Shown here piece after piece: positions 8,534-16,999 of a stretch of DNA of 58,456 nt. Under the pieces are notes generated by a model. The model did no database searches and was not told the DNA's origin. It saw only the letters and a list, made by a program, of their open reading frames with translations. This DNA is from a virus, in IMG/VR virus record IMGVR_UViG_3300035034_000432, one strand, 5' to 3'. Numbering within the stretch: the stretch's first letter is position 1; every line of letters starts with the position of its first letter. The position numbers were made by a program, and so were the translations under genes.

Positions 8534-9433
8534 ATGGCACGTCCTGAAGAAATCAGCGAAGAGTTTTGGAACCAGCTAACCGAAGAAGAGCGCGAGGCGC
8601 TGGAGGAAGAGGAAGGCGAAGAAGACGAGGATGGCGACGACGACGACGACGAAGATGAAGGCGAAGGCGAAGGCGAAGAAACCGGCGATGATGATGCAGC
8701 CGCAGCCGCAGCCGCAGAAGCTGCCGCAGAAGCTGCCGGCGATGAAGGTGAAGGCGATGAAAGTGAGTCTGCAGAAAAGGCCAGCGCTAAAGAGGGCTAT
8801 AACCCGCTACTACGCGCGGATTTGCCCGCCGATATCGAAGAGAAAATCGCTACCATTGCCACCAAGCGCGAAGAATTGGAAGTTCAGTTTGACGATGGCG
8901 AACTGACCACGAAGGAATACCGGCAATCCATGGGTACGCTGGACAAAGAAGAGCGCGGTATTGAGCAGCAGCAGTTCAAGGCTCAAATTGCAGTCGAAAT
9001 GGAAGAGCAGCAAGAGCGCGCGGTATGGATGGACACAGTACGTTCGTTTCTGGACGAGAACACGCAGTATGAAGCGAAGCCCTTGCTGTATGAAAACCTA
9101 GACCGGATGGTGATTTTATTGGCAAAAGATCCCGCCAACAAAGAACTAACCGGCGAAGAAATGCTGAATAAGGCGCACACGAAAATCTATGAAGACCTTG
9201 GCATTGCTGTACCGGCAAAAGAGAAAAAAGCTGCAGAAGGGAAAAAGGCAGCAAAAAAAGTGGTGAAGGCAGTACCAACACTAGGAGCATTGCCTAGTTC
9301 GGACACCCAAGACCCAACCAACGTGAGTAAATACGCAAGGCTGGACCGGTTACTTGACTCTGACCCTGTAGGGTACGAAGCGGCATTTGATGCAATGTCG
9401 GAAAAAGAGCAAGAGCGCTACCTGGCGCAATAA
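8534..9433 (+). CDS. scaffolding protein (putative)
   Basis: 299 aa, very acidic N-terminus (E/D/G/A runs), coiled-coil-like body, located between portal and major capsid. Call by position and composition only. Confidence 0.55.
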   Translation: MARPEEISEEFWNQLTEEEREALEEEEGEEDEDGDDDDDEDEGEGEGEETGDDDAAAAAAAEAAAEAAGDEGEGDESESAEKASAKEGYNPLLRADLPADIEEKIATIATKREELEVQFDDGELTTKEYRQSMGTLDKEERGIEQQQFKAQIAVEMEEQQERAVWMDTVRSFLDENTQYEAKPLLYENLDRMVILLAKDPANKELTGEEMLNKAHTKIYEDLGIAVPAKEKKAAEGKKAAKKVVKAVPTLGALPSSDTQDPTNVSKYARLDRLLDSDPVGYEAAFDAMSEKEQERYLAQ

Positions 9434-9481
9434 CTAGAACGTGGCCTATAAATGGCCACTAACTTTATATGGGGCGCCTGA

Positions 9482-9688
9482 ATGCTTAGTATTGACCTGA
9501 AGCCGGGAGAAACCGTTGTCATTGGAAAAAATGGTGAGATACGGGTAACTCTTGAGGAAAAGAAAGGCCAGGTTGCCCGATTATCCTTTGACGCCGACCG
9601 CAGCATTCCAATAAACAGGGTAGAGAAAATCAAAAGCCTTAGCGGAATAGCTGCAAAATACGGCATTGGCAAGCGCAAGGAAAAGTAA
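9482..9688 (+). CDS. CsrA-like small RNA-binding protein (putative)
   Basis: 68 aa. MLSIDLKPGETVVIGKNGEIRVTLEEKKGQVARLSFDADRSIPINRVEK aligns by eye with E. coli CsrA [46 protein letters not shown]. Shared elements are ML, GE-T, IG, KG, the R-[LI] strand and the R-x-E near the end. Confidence 0.55.
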   Translation: MLSIDLKPGETVVIGKNGEIRVTLEEKKGQVARLSFDADRSIPINRVEKIKSLSGIAAKYGIGKRKEK

Positions 9689-9797
9689 CTGGCTTGCACA
9701 AAGCCTTTATCGAACAGATAATGAACACCGAGCAAGTGAAGTCGCAGGAGTGACGGAGCTAATACGAAAACCTAAACCCAATGAGGGGTAACTCCTG

Positions 9798-10895
9798 ATG
9801 GCTTCTACCGTAGTTGCTTTTGGCGATCCTAAAGCCGCAAAAAAGTGGTCTGGCTCACTCGCAGTCGACCAAATCAAAAAATCATACTTCGAGCGCAAGT
9901 TCGTTGGTACCGAAGACAACAGCATCATCCAACGCAAGACTGAACTGGAAACCGATAGTGGTGACCGGATTTCATTCGACCTGTCTGTGCAGCTGCGCGG
10001 TGAATACACCGAAGGCGACCGCCGCTTGGATAACAAAGCGGAAAACCTGAAATTCTACACCGACGAAGTAAATATCGACCAGGCGCGTAAAGCCGTATCA
10101 GCCGGCGGCAAAATGACCCGCAAGCGTACTGTGCATAACTTGCGATCCATTGCCCGTAACCGCTTGGGTGATTACTGGTCCCGTTTCAGCGACGAACTGA
10201 TGTTCATGTACCTGTCTGGCGCGCGCGGCATCAACAGAGATTTCCTGTTTGGCCTCGACTTCACTGGTCACGCTGGCAATCTGTTTCAGACGCCTGATGC
10301 AATTCACCAGATGTACGGTGGCGATGCAACCAGCAAGGGTTCAATCGTTGCGGGTGACAAAATGACCCGTTCTATTGTTGAGCGCGCAGAGGTGAAAGCC
10401 ACCATGCTGCAAGCGCAAGACCCTGACGCAGCCAACATGGTCCCAGTTACCATGGAAGGCGAAGAGCGTTATGTGTGCGTTATGTCGCCCTTCCAGGCTC
10501 ACGACTTGCGCAATGAATCCGCAGGTGAATGGCTCGATGTTCAGAAAGCCGCCGCCGCCGCCGAAGGCCGGAACAACCCGATCTTCAAAGGCTCACTTGG
10601 TATGCTTAAAAACGTGGTTCTGCACAGCCACCGCAACGCCATCCGTTTCAGCGATTATGGCGCTGGTAGTAACGTCAGTGCGTCCCGGGCATTGTTTATG
10701 GGCCGTCAAGCCGGCGTAGTGGCTTACGGCACACCCACTGGCCGCCGTTGGGAGTGGAAAGAGGAAATGAAGGACTTCGGCAACGAGCCAACAGTCGCAT
10801 CTGGCTGTATCGTTGGCATGAAGAAGACTCGATTCAACAACAAAGACTTTGGTGTTATTTCAATCGACACCGGAGCCGCAGACCCCAACACATAA
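9798..10895 (+). CDS. major capsid protein (N4 gp56-type, HK97 fold)
   Basis: 365 aa. The N-terminus FGDPKAAKKWSGSL.......SYFERKFVG......IQRKTELETDSGDRISFDL matches my memory of the N4-gp56 capsid family. Strong SD GAGGGG. The block ends with a strong terminator after the next gene. Confidence 0.82.
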   Translation: MASTVVAFGDPKAAKKWSGSLAVDQIKKSYFERKFVGTEDNSIIQRKTELETDSGDRISFDLSVQLRGEYTEGDRRLDNKAENLKFYTDEVNIDQARKAVSAGGKMTRKRTVHNLRSIARNRLGDYWSRFSDELMFMYLSGARGINRDFLFGLDFTGHAGNLFQTPDAIHQMYGGDATSKGSIVAGDKMTRSIVERAEVKATMLQAQDPDAANMVPVTMEGEERYVCVMSPFQAHDLRNESAGEWLDVQKAAAAAEGRNNPIFKGSLGMLKNVVLHSHRNAIRFSDYGAGSNVSASRALFMGRQAGVVAYGTPTGRRWEWKEEMKDFGNEPTVASGCIVGMKKTRFNNKDFGVISIDTGAADPNT

Positions 10896-10955
10896 GCAAT
10901 AGCGCGGGGTGATCCCCGCGTTTAGCTTGCACCGACTTACCAGGAGAATATCAAG

Positions 10956-11402
10956 ATGGCTATTACTCAATCCGCATGGGCAAGTGGTCGCAAAATGCCC
11001 GCTACATCTGGCTGCGCAGCCGAGGTTGTTGCGCAGAAATTTTCAACCGTTATCACCGCCGACAAAGCTATTGGCGATATCATTGAAATCGGCGTATTGC
11101 CGGCGGAACACGATATCGTTGACGTTGTAATGCTTGCTGGCGCAATGGGTACCGGCGTAGATATCGACGTTGGGATTATGTCCGGCGCCTACGGTGACAC
11201 CGATCAAGCCCGCACTTGTGGCGCCGAGTTTCACGCTGATGTCGACGTTGCAGCTACAAGTGTCACACGCATGACTCTGGTGGGTGGCTTCACTTTGGAC
11301 TCTGGACGCGAAGACCGAAGCATTGGTGTAAAGTTCAAGAGCGCAAGCACCACCGCAGCAGACCAGCTATTGGTGGCGATGGTTCTATACCGTCAAAAGT
11401 AA
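10956..11402 (+). CDS. putative head decoration / capsid accessory protein
   Basis: 148-aa ORF with SD AGGAGA, directly after the capsid gene and before the strongest terminator in the genome. Function inferred from position only. Confidence 0.4.
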   Translation: MAITQSAWASGRKMPATSGCAAEVVAQKFSTVITADKAIGDIIEIGVLPAEHDIVDVVMLAGAMGTGVDIDVGIMSGAYGDTDQARTCGAEFHADVDVAATSVTRMTLVGGFTLDSGREDRSIGVKFKSASTTAADQLLVAMVLYRQK

Positions 11403-11426
11403 GGCAAAATAAGTGACCCAAAAAAA

Positions 11427-11458
11427 GGGGCGGCACCAAACGCCGGCCCTTTTTTTTT
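11427..11458 (+). terminator. rho-independent terminator
   Basis: GGGGCGGC-accaaac-GCCGGCCC forms an 8-bp stem with one mismatch, followed by T9. An A7 run lies upstream, so it could act in both directions. Confidence 0.8.
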
Positions 11459-11474
11459 ACACAAGGAAAAGATA

Positions 11475-11978
11475 ATGCAAATTGAATGCAAGATTAAACG
11501 TGCAGCAGGTACAGACGTTGAATTGTTTGGAAAAACGTACAAGTTCCGCGCCGATAGCATTGAGCGGCATGTTTGCGAAGTGAAAGACAAAAAAGCAGTG
11601 GGCAGACTCCTGGCGATATCGGAAGCCTACCGAATTGTCACAGACGACGAAGATGATTTTGGTTATGGCAGCACTGAATCCGACACTAACCCCGACACCG
11701 AAAACACATTGCAGCCGTCCGGCAGTTCGTTGGATGGCGACATTGAAATTTCAGATGATGATATTGAAGGTTACGTTGAGCCGGAGCCAGAAGACGAAAA
11801 CGAAAACAGTCTGGGACCGGTTAACGCGCCAGATGATGGGCGCAACGCGACTGATGAAGATGAAGCCGTAAACGAAGGCGCCGTTCGTCTTGAATGGGAA
11901 GAAGTATTTGGCAAAAAGGCAGGCCGGCGCAAGCTTGAAACCTTGCTGGAAGACTTGCGCGCCGAAGACCAGGAGTAA
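11475..11978 (+). CDS. acidic hypothetical protein
   Basis: 167 aa, SD AAGGAAA, with a long D/E-rich central region. No recognised motif. Confidence 0.6.
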   Translation: MQIECKIKRAAGTDVELFGKTYKFRADSIERHVCEVKDKKAVGRLLAISEAYRIVTDDEDDFGYGSTESDTNPDTENTLQPSGSSLDGDIEISDDDIEGYVEPEPEDENENSLGPVNAPDDGRNATDEDEAVNEGAVRLEWEEVFGKKAGRRKLETLLEDLRAEDQE

Positions 11979-11983
11979 TCATT

Positions 11984-12607
11984 ATGTTTGCCGTTTCCGA
12001 AGTAACCAAGCGGGCCAACCTGCTATTAAACGATATTGAGAACGTCACTTACACGATCGACGAGCTTCTTTATTGGGCGTATGACGGAACGGCAGCCATT
12101 TTAAGAGCAAGGCCGCCGGCGGGAACACAGACGGAAGAGATTGCATTGGTGGAAGGCGCACTACAGACGCTCTCTGACAGCGCAATTTTGCTATCTGATG
12201 TGATCCGCGTCATTGGTGGCCGACCTATCGAACGTACTTCACGGCGTCAGCTGGACAGCTGGGAGCCGGATTGGTACCAGACACTGCCAACGAGCAAGAT
12301 TGTCCATTTCACGTATGACGAGCGCAAGCCAACCCAGTTCTACGTTTATCCGCCGGCAATAGCTGGAACCGTGGTGGAAGCGCTGGTTGTCAGAATGCCG
12401 GAGGTGTTCACCATAGCCTCGAGCGTCCCAATGGGACCGGAATACATTGACCCGCTGACCAGTTACGTTGTCCACAGGGCGATATCTAAAGACTCTGAAT
12501 ACGCCGATACGCAGCTGGCAGTAATGTTCTACCAACAGTTCAGCGATGCCCTTGGCACTAGCAACCAGAGCCAGCAAGCGGTATCAGCACAGGCGGGTGA
12601 GGCATGA
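11984..12607 (+). CDS. putative head-tail completion protein
   Basis: 207-aa ORF in the run of tightly packed structural genes. Call by position only. Confidence 0.45.
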   Translation: MFAVSEVTKRANLLLNDIENVTYTIDELLYWAYDGTAAILRARPPAGTQTEEIALVEGALQTLSDSAILLSDVIRVIGGRPIERTSRRQLDSWEPDWYQTLPTSKIVHFTYDERKPTQFYVYPPAIAGTVVEALVVRMPEVFTIASSVPMGPEYIDPLTSYVVHRAISKDSEYADTQLAVMFYQQFSDALGTSNQSQQAVSAQAGEA

Positions 12608-13221
12608 TTGGCTTTGAGGCATTCTTGAGTAAGATTCTACCGCGTGTGGAAGGCGCGCCAAGGCCGGCAGTAAATGATGCCATTCGGGTGGCCGTCCAGG
12701 AATTTTGCCAGCGCACCAGGCTATGGCGTGGCGTGGACACCATCCATATTGTTTCGCTCGAGGAAGGAATTATAGCGGCAGAACACGGCGCCGTTATCTA
12801 TGAAATTGAGAGCGCGCGGTTTAATGGGTACAACCTTGAGCCGGCAAGCATTACCTGGCTGGATGGAACGAAGGAAGGTTGGCGCACATGGGGCGATGGC
12901 CAGCCCAAGTACATTACGCAGACAGAGCCTGATACCGTTCTACTGGTACCCGGGGGGATTGGCACACTGGAACTAAGCACGTTCCTAAAGCCATCTGAGG
13001 ACGCAACAGTATTCCCTGATTTTATCGCTGACCACTACAAACAGATTATTGCAGATGGTGCGCTGGCGGAGCTTTACATGCAGCCAGGGCAGCCGTACAG
13101 CAGTGCAGAGTTGGCAATGTTCCATTCAACCCGCTTTGAACGGCGACTGGATGGCATGAACAGCGATAGCGTGAAAGGCCAGCAGCGAGCCAGAGTCAGA
13201 ACAAAACCGTTCTTTTTCTAA
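12604..13221 (+). CDS. putative head-tail completion protein
   Basis: 205-aa ORF with ATGA overlap to the upstream gene. Call by position only. Confidence 0.45.
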   Translation: MIGFEAFLSKILPRVEGAPRPAVNDAIRVAVQEFCQRTRLWRGVDTIHIVSLEEGIIAAEHGAVIYEIESARFNGYNLEPASITWLDGTKEGWRTWGDGQPKYITQTEPDTVLLVPGGIGTLELSTFLKPSEDATVFPDFIADHYKQIIADGALAELYMQPGQPYSSAELAMFHSTRFERRLDGMNSDSVKGQQRARVRTKPFFF

Positions 13222-13241
13222 TACCAGTGGGAGCATTACCA

Positions 13242-13667
13242 ATGTCAGCAGCAAGTAATTACCTCGAAACAGCAATAATTAACTCTATAATCCGCGGCAT
13301 AGCTTTTACTGTGCCAGATGAAGTGTACGTGGCGCTCCATACAGCCAACCCAACGGAAACCGGGACCGTGGGCGAGGTGAGTACAGGTGATTGGCCTGAT
13401 TATGTGCGCATTGATTCCAGGCTTGGCGCCGGAACACTGGCTCAAGCGTGGACCGCACCAACAGATGGTGTAAGCCAAAACACCAAACAGCTGATCTGGC
13501 CTGTTCAAAATGGTTCTGCCGATGTGGTTGTTACTCACTTCTCGTTGCGCACAGCGGCCACCGGTGGCGAAATGATTACCTATGCAGCCTTGGATACTGC
13601 CCGAACAATGAAACCAGGTGATGTGTTTGTGGCCAACGTGAACCGATTGGAAGTTCAAGTTCTCTGA
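13242..13667 (+). CDS. hypothetical virion protein
   Basis: The ORF track starts at GTG 13227. ATG 13242 lies 8 nt after GGGAG. The N-terminus NYLETAIINSIIRG..FTVPDEVYVALHTANPTETG resembles a conserved phage structural family whose name I cannot recall. Confidence 0.5.
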   Translation: MSAASNYLETAIINSIIRGIAFTVPDEVYVALHTANPTETGTVGEVSTGDWPDYVRIDSRLGAGTLAQAWTAPTDGVSQNTKQLIWPVQNGSADVVVTHFSLRTAATGGEMITYAALDTARTMKPGDVFVANVNRLEVQVL

Positions 13668-14461
13668 TGCTTGCCAGCAGCCCGTTAGCAGCAGGCCCAA
13701 TAGCTTCGGCCAGCCAAGCAGTGCAAACAGCTGGCGGGGCGGGAGTTGTGGCTGTTAATTCAAGCGGCGGCCTCAGTCTGGTTCTTCTTTGGGGCGCAAC
13801 AGCAATAATTGAATTTAGATCCGAAGGAATTGGCCGGCGAGGCGCTACGCTCATTGGCTCAATGCCGGTCCAGGTAGCAACGGAAGGTGTCATGCACCGC
13901 GGCGCTACTGGCAGCGCATCGTTTGAAGTTGTTGTGGCTTTAGATAGTGATTTCAGGGTGGCGACCAAGGTTGAGGCTGTATTCAGTGTGCAGGTTGATT
14001 CTGCACTTGATGGGCGGGCAGTCACACCAAAAACAGGCAGTGGCAAAGCATTTAACGAGGTAGTCTCAAGAGGTAGTGAGCCGGGGCGGGCCTCACATAT
14101 ACCCAACATGCAATCAAGCATCTGGGTAAACGCCAACGGCAAAGCAAACCTGATTGCCAGCGCTCCCGTTTCCAGAGCAGTCATTACCGTGCATAGCACC
14201 GGTGAATTTACGTTTGGGGACTACCATTATGGCAGTGGCCGAGCGTTAGCGGCTGCACTGTTCAGCACTGGATCTATTCAAGCTTTGCCTTACGTGTACG
14301 CATCTGGATCTGCAGCTGTCAGCGTCAAAATGATTGACCATGGCTATGGGATACCGCCAATACCCAGCCTGTTTATAAGCGCGCCAGGCAGCCGGACAAT
14401 GTACGCACCACCAAGCGGGCGCACCATGTACGCTGGCAAGAACCGGAGAACGTTACCATGA
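13667..14461 (+). CDS. hypothetical virion/tail protein
   Basis: 264 aa, A/G/S-rich, ending in a short duplicated SRTMYAPP/GRTMYAGK. Start overlaps the upstream stop. Confidence 0.5.
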   Translation: MLASSPLAAGPIASASQAVQTAGGAGVVAVNSSGGLSLVLLWGATAIIEFRSEGIGRRGATLIGSMPVQVATEGVMHRGATGSASFEVVVALDSDFRVATKVEAVFSVQVDSALDGRAVTPKTGSGKAFNEVVSRGSEPGRASHIPNMQSSIWVNANGKANLIASAPVSRAVITVHSTGEFTFGDYHYGSGRALAAALFSTGSIQALPYVYASGSAAVSVKMIDHGYGIPPIPSLFISAPGSRTMYAPPSGRTMYAGKNRRTLP

Positions 14462-14748
14462 GGCTTGGAAGTCAGAGAAAGCCCGACCAGGCGCGTCTGG
14501 ATTACGACATTGACTACGCTGAATTAGGTTTGCTCGAGGTGAACGAAATCATTCAAACCGTTGCTGTCACTGTTACCGGGACCGACGAGCTTTTGCTGGT
14601 TGATTCGATTCAGCACACCGACACAGTGGCAAAAGCCTGGCTATCGGGTGGTACCGCTGGGCACACCTACGAAGTAACACAAATCATGGCGACCAACCAA
14701 GGCCGGATTTATGAGGACTGTTACAAAATCCGCATAACTCGCTGTTAA
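14458..14748 (+). CDS. hypothetical virion protein
   Basis: 96-aa ORF with ATGA overlap to the upstream gene. Confidence 0.5.
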   Translation: MRLGSQRKPDQARLDYDIDYAELGLLEVNEIIQTVAVTVTGTDELLLVDSIQHTDTVAKAWLSGGTAGHTYEVTQIMATNQGRIYEDCYKIRITRC

Positions 14749-14768
14749 GCGAACCATAGGGGCAGAAA

Positions 14769-16202
14769 ATGGCCGTACTCTTTTCAAACAATGCGCGCGC
14801 CATAGTGGCCAGCGCCCTGTCCAGTTCAGCAACGACCGTCACCGTTGAGACAGGGCAAGGCGCTTTATTCCCTGCACCGACCGGTGGTGATTGGTTTCCG
14901 TTGGTACTGCAACGGTCAGCCGATTACACGCAGATTGAAATTACGCGATGCACAAGCCGTTCCGGCGATGCTTTGACCATTACGCGCGCCCAAGAAGGCA
15001 CGACAGGTATCACGTTTGCAGCTGGAGACACTGCAGAGCTGCGAATTACCGAGGATGCGTTAACTACTCAGTTTGCAACCGCGGCGCAAGGTGCATTGGC
15101 AGATAATGCCGAGCCAAAACAATCAGGAAAAAGTCTATCTGCCAACGACTTTACCGACTTGCTAGAAACAAAGCTGGGGAACATAGAGGCCAACGCGACA
15201 GCTGACCAAACAGCAAGTGAAATTAAAAGCGCGTATGAAAGTAACACTAACACCAACGCATTTACCGATGCTCAGGTTACAAAGCTTTCAGGGATAGAAG
15301 CCAGCGCCACAGCTGACCAGACCGCGGCACAAATAAAGACCGCATACGAGAGCAATGCCAATACCAATGCTTACAACGATGCTGCAGTCTCAAAGCTTGC
15401 CGGAATAGAAGCCAGCGCGACAGCAGATCAGACGGCAGGCGAAATAAAAACGGCATACGAAAGCAATTCTAATACGAATGTTTTTACCGATGCCAAGGAA
15501 TCAAAGCTTTCTGGAATTGAAGCTAATGCCGAAGTGAACACGGTTGATAGCGTGGCCGGCAAGACAGGCGCCGTGAGTCTTGTAAAAGGTGACGTTGGGC
15601 TTGGTTCAGTCCGTAATGTGAGTTCATACAGTCAAACAGAATCAGATGCTGAATATATTGCAAAAAACGGCGGCGGGATAATAACCAAAAATACAAGTGC
15701 AGGCGTTGTTTACAGTAACGGGCATCTTGAACTTGTGACAAGCGATGGTAGTGATGTCTCTGTGGGCTTTCATCGTGGCGGTTATACTGCTTGCCAGTTA
15801 AGGCATGAAAGCAACGGTCTTATATTAAGTGGAACGTCACGAACTAGTAGTTCTGATTTAGTTGTAACAGGAAATATCACTGCGTATTCAGACAGCAGAT
15901 TAAAAGAAAATCTGGACCCAATTGATGGAGCGCTTGAACTGATAGGCCAGTTAACCGGTTACAGGTACACGCGAACAGAAAGCACCAGGCGCGAAACTGG
16001 TCTAATCGCGCAAGAGGTATTAGCGGTATTGCCAGAAGCGGTAATGGGTGGTCCAAACGAAAAAAACCCTGGCGGCATGTACTCGCTGGCCTACGGAAAC
16101 TTGGCAGGTCTGTTTGTCCAGGCAATCAAAGAGCAGCAGGCGCAGATTGAAACCCAGCGCCAACAGATTGAACAGCTAACCGAGAGGATGGCGGGATTAT
16201 GA
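14769..16202 (+). CDS. tail fibre 1 with C-terminal S74 intramolecular chaperone domain
   Basis: The C-terminus ITAYSDSRLKENL...GYRYTR......TGLIAQEV..VLPEAV......YSLAYGNLAGLFVQAIKEQQAQIE is the endosialidase-type S74 chaperone signature (S-D-x-R-x-K). The centre carries three 37-aa repeats. The N-terminal ~100 aa are paralogous to fibre 2. Confidence 0.88.
   Translation: MAVLFSNNARAIVASALSSSATTVTVETGQGALFPAPTGGDWFPLVLQRSADYTQIEITRCTSRSGDALTITRAQEGTTGITFAAGDTAELRITEDALTTQFATAAQGALADNAEPKQSGKSLSANDFTDLLETKLGNIEANATADQTASEIKSAYESNTNTNAFTDAQVTKLSGIEASATADQTAAQIKTAYESNANTNAYNDAAVSKLAGIEASATADQTAGEIKTAYESNSNTNVFTDAKESKLSGIEANAEVNTVDSVAGKTGAVSLVKGDVGLGSVRNVSSYSQTESDAEYIAKNGGGIITKNTSAGVVYSNGHLELVTSDGSDVSVGFHRGGYTACQLRHESNGLILSGTSRTSSSDLVVTGNITAYSDSRLKENLDPIDGALELIGQLTGYRYTRTESTRRETGLIAQEVLAVLPEAVMGGPNEKNPGGMYSLAYGNLAGLFVQAIKEQQAQIETQRQQIEQLTERMAGL
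15180..15539 (+). repeat. in-frame 111-nt (37-aa) tandem repeats, 3 copies plus a partial fourth, inside tail fibre 1
   Basis: Units start at 15180, 15291 and 15402, with a partial unit at 15513. Unit consensus is (N/G)IEA(N/S)ATADQTA.(E/Q)IK.AYESN.NTN.(F/Y).DA...KL(S/A). Confidence 0.9.
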
Positions 16203-16999
16203 CCACCATGAATGCAATAATTGCCAACAACGCCACGTCACGGCTGCAGGTCAGCTTAAATGGCACACAAACCACATTAACCGTGCTGTCAGGCGAGGGT
16301 GACAAGTTCCCGTCACTTCAAGCCAATGAGTGGTTTCCTGTAACCGTGGTGAAAGGGGACGCGACTTTTGAAATCATGCGCTGCACAAGCCGCAGCAATG
16401 ACATTTTGACCGTAGTTCGCGCAAGGGAAGGTACCGGGGCGCTCAGTTTTGCCATAAACGATCGAATAGAGCTTCGCTACACAAAAGGCGTCAACGATGA
16501 CGTGATGGCCGGAATTAATGGTAATCACAGCGCCGGCGAGGCAGCGGCCAGTGCAATTATTGCACTTCAAAATGAGCAGGACGTACAAGACCTCGCCATA
16601 GCTGCAAGGCTGCCATTAGCTGGCGGCACAATGACCGGCGACCTTGCGGTAAGCGGAAACATTACGACAACAGGCAATTTTGGCGCAGCAGGCAGCATTA
16701 CAGCAGCAGGAAATATCACCGCTTATTCGGATGCAAGGCTAAAGCGTGAAATAACAAAAATACCTGATGCTTTGGAAAAGGTGATGTGTCTAAACGGTTA
16801 CATTTTTAAGTTGCTTGAAGGTGAGAAAAAATTCACTGGCGTAATTGCACAGGAGGTTAATTCTGTTTTGCCCGAAGTAATTGAACATGACTCAGAGGGC
16901 ATAATGTCCGTTGCTTACGGCAACCTGGCCGGCTTGTTGATTGAGGCAATCAAGGAGCAACAGGCGCAAATTGATGAACTGAAGCGGAGGATTGGCTAA
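16199..16999 (+). CDS. tail fibre 2 with C-terminal S74 intramolecular chaperone domain
   Basis: ITAYSDARLKREI...GYIFKL......TGVIAQEVNSVLPEVI....GIMSVAYGNLAGLLIEAIKEQQAQIDEL. The N-terminus (..WFPVTVVKGD..FEIMRCTSRSNDILTVVRAREGT) is homologous to fibre 1 (..WFPLVLQRSADYTQIEITRCTSRSGDALTITRAQEGT). Confidence 0.88.
   Translation: MTTMNAIIANNATSRLQVSLNGTQTTLTVLSGEGDKFPSLQANEWFPVTVVKGDATFEIMRCTSRSNDILTVVRAREGTGALSFAINDRIELRYTKGVNDDVMAGINGNHSAGEAAASAIIALQNEQDVQDLAIAARLPLAGGTMTGDLAVSGNITTTGNFGAAGSITAAGNITAYSDARLKREITKIPDALEKVMCLNGYIFKLLEGEKKFTGVIAQEVNSVLPEVIEHDSEGIMSVAYGNLAGLLIEAIKEQQAQIDELKRRIG

Noticed and set aside
8631-8906. Alternative-frame ORF (91 aa) and repetitive GAC/GAA/GCC runs in the scaffold gene as a possible separate gene or microsatellite
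   Set aside because: The runs encode the acidic E/D/G/A N-terminus of the scaffold-like protein in the main frame. The alternate frame gives a Thr/Lys/Ala low-complexity shadow.
13245-14199. Long minus-strand ORFs (151 aa and 207 aa) overlapping structural genes
   Set aside because: They are antisense to tightly coupled plus-strand genes in a GC-rich stretch and have Arg/Cys/Pro-rich composition typical of shadow frames. They have no SD and no motifs.
15180-15539. Regularly spaced repeats considered as a possible CRISPR-like array or DGR target
   Set aside because: The repeats are contiguous with no spacers, in frame, and encode a 37-aa protein repeat in a tail fibre. No cas genes, no reverse transcriptase and no template repeat occur elsewhere in the genome.
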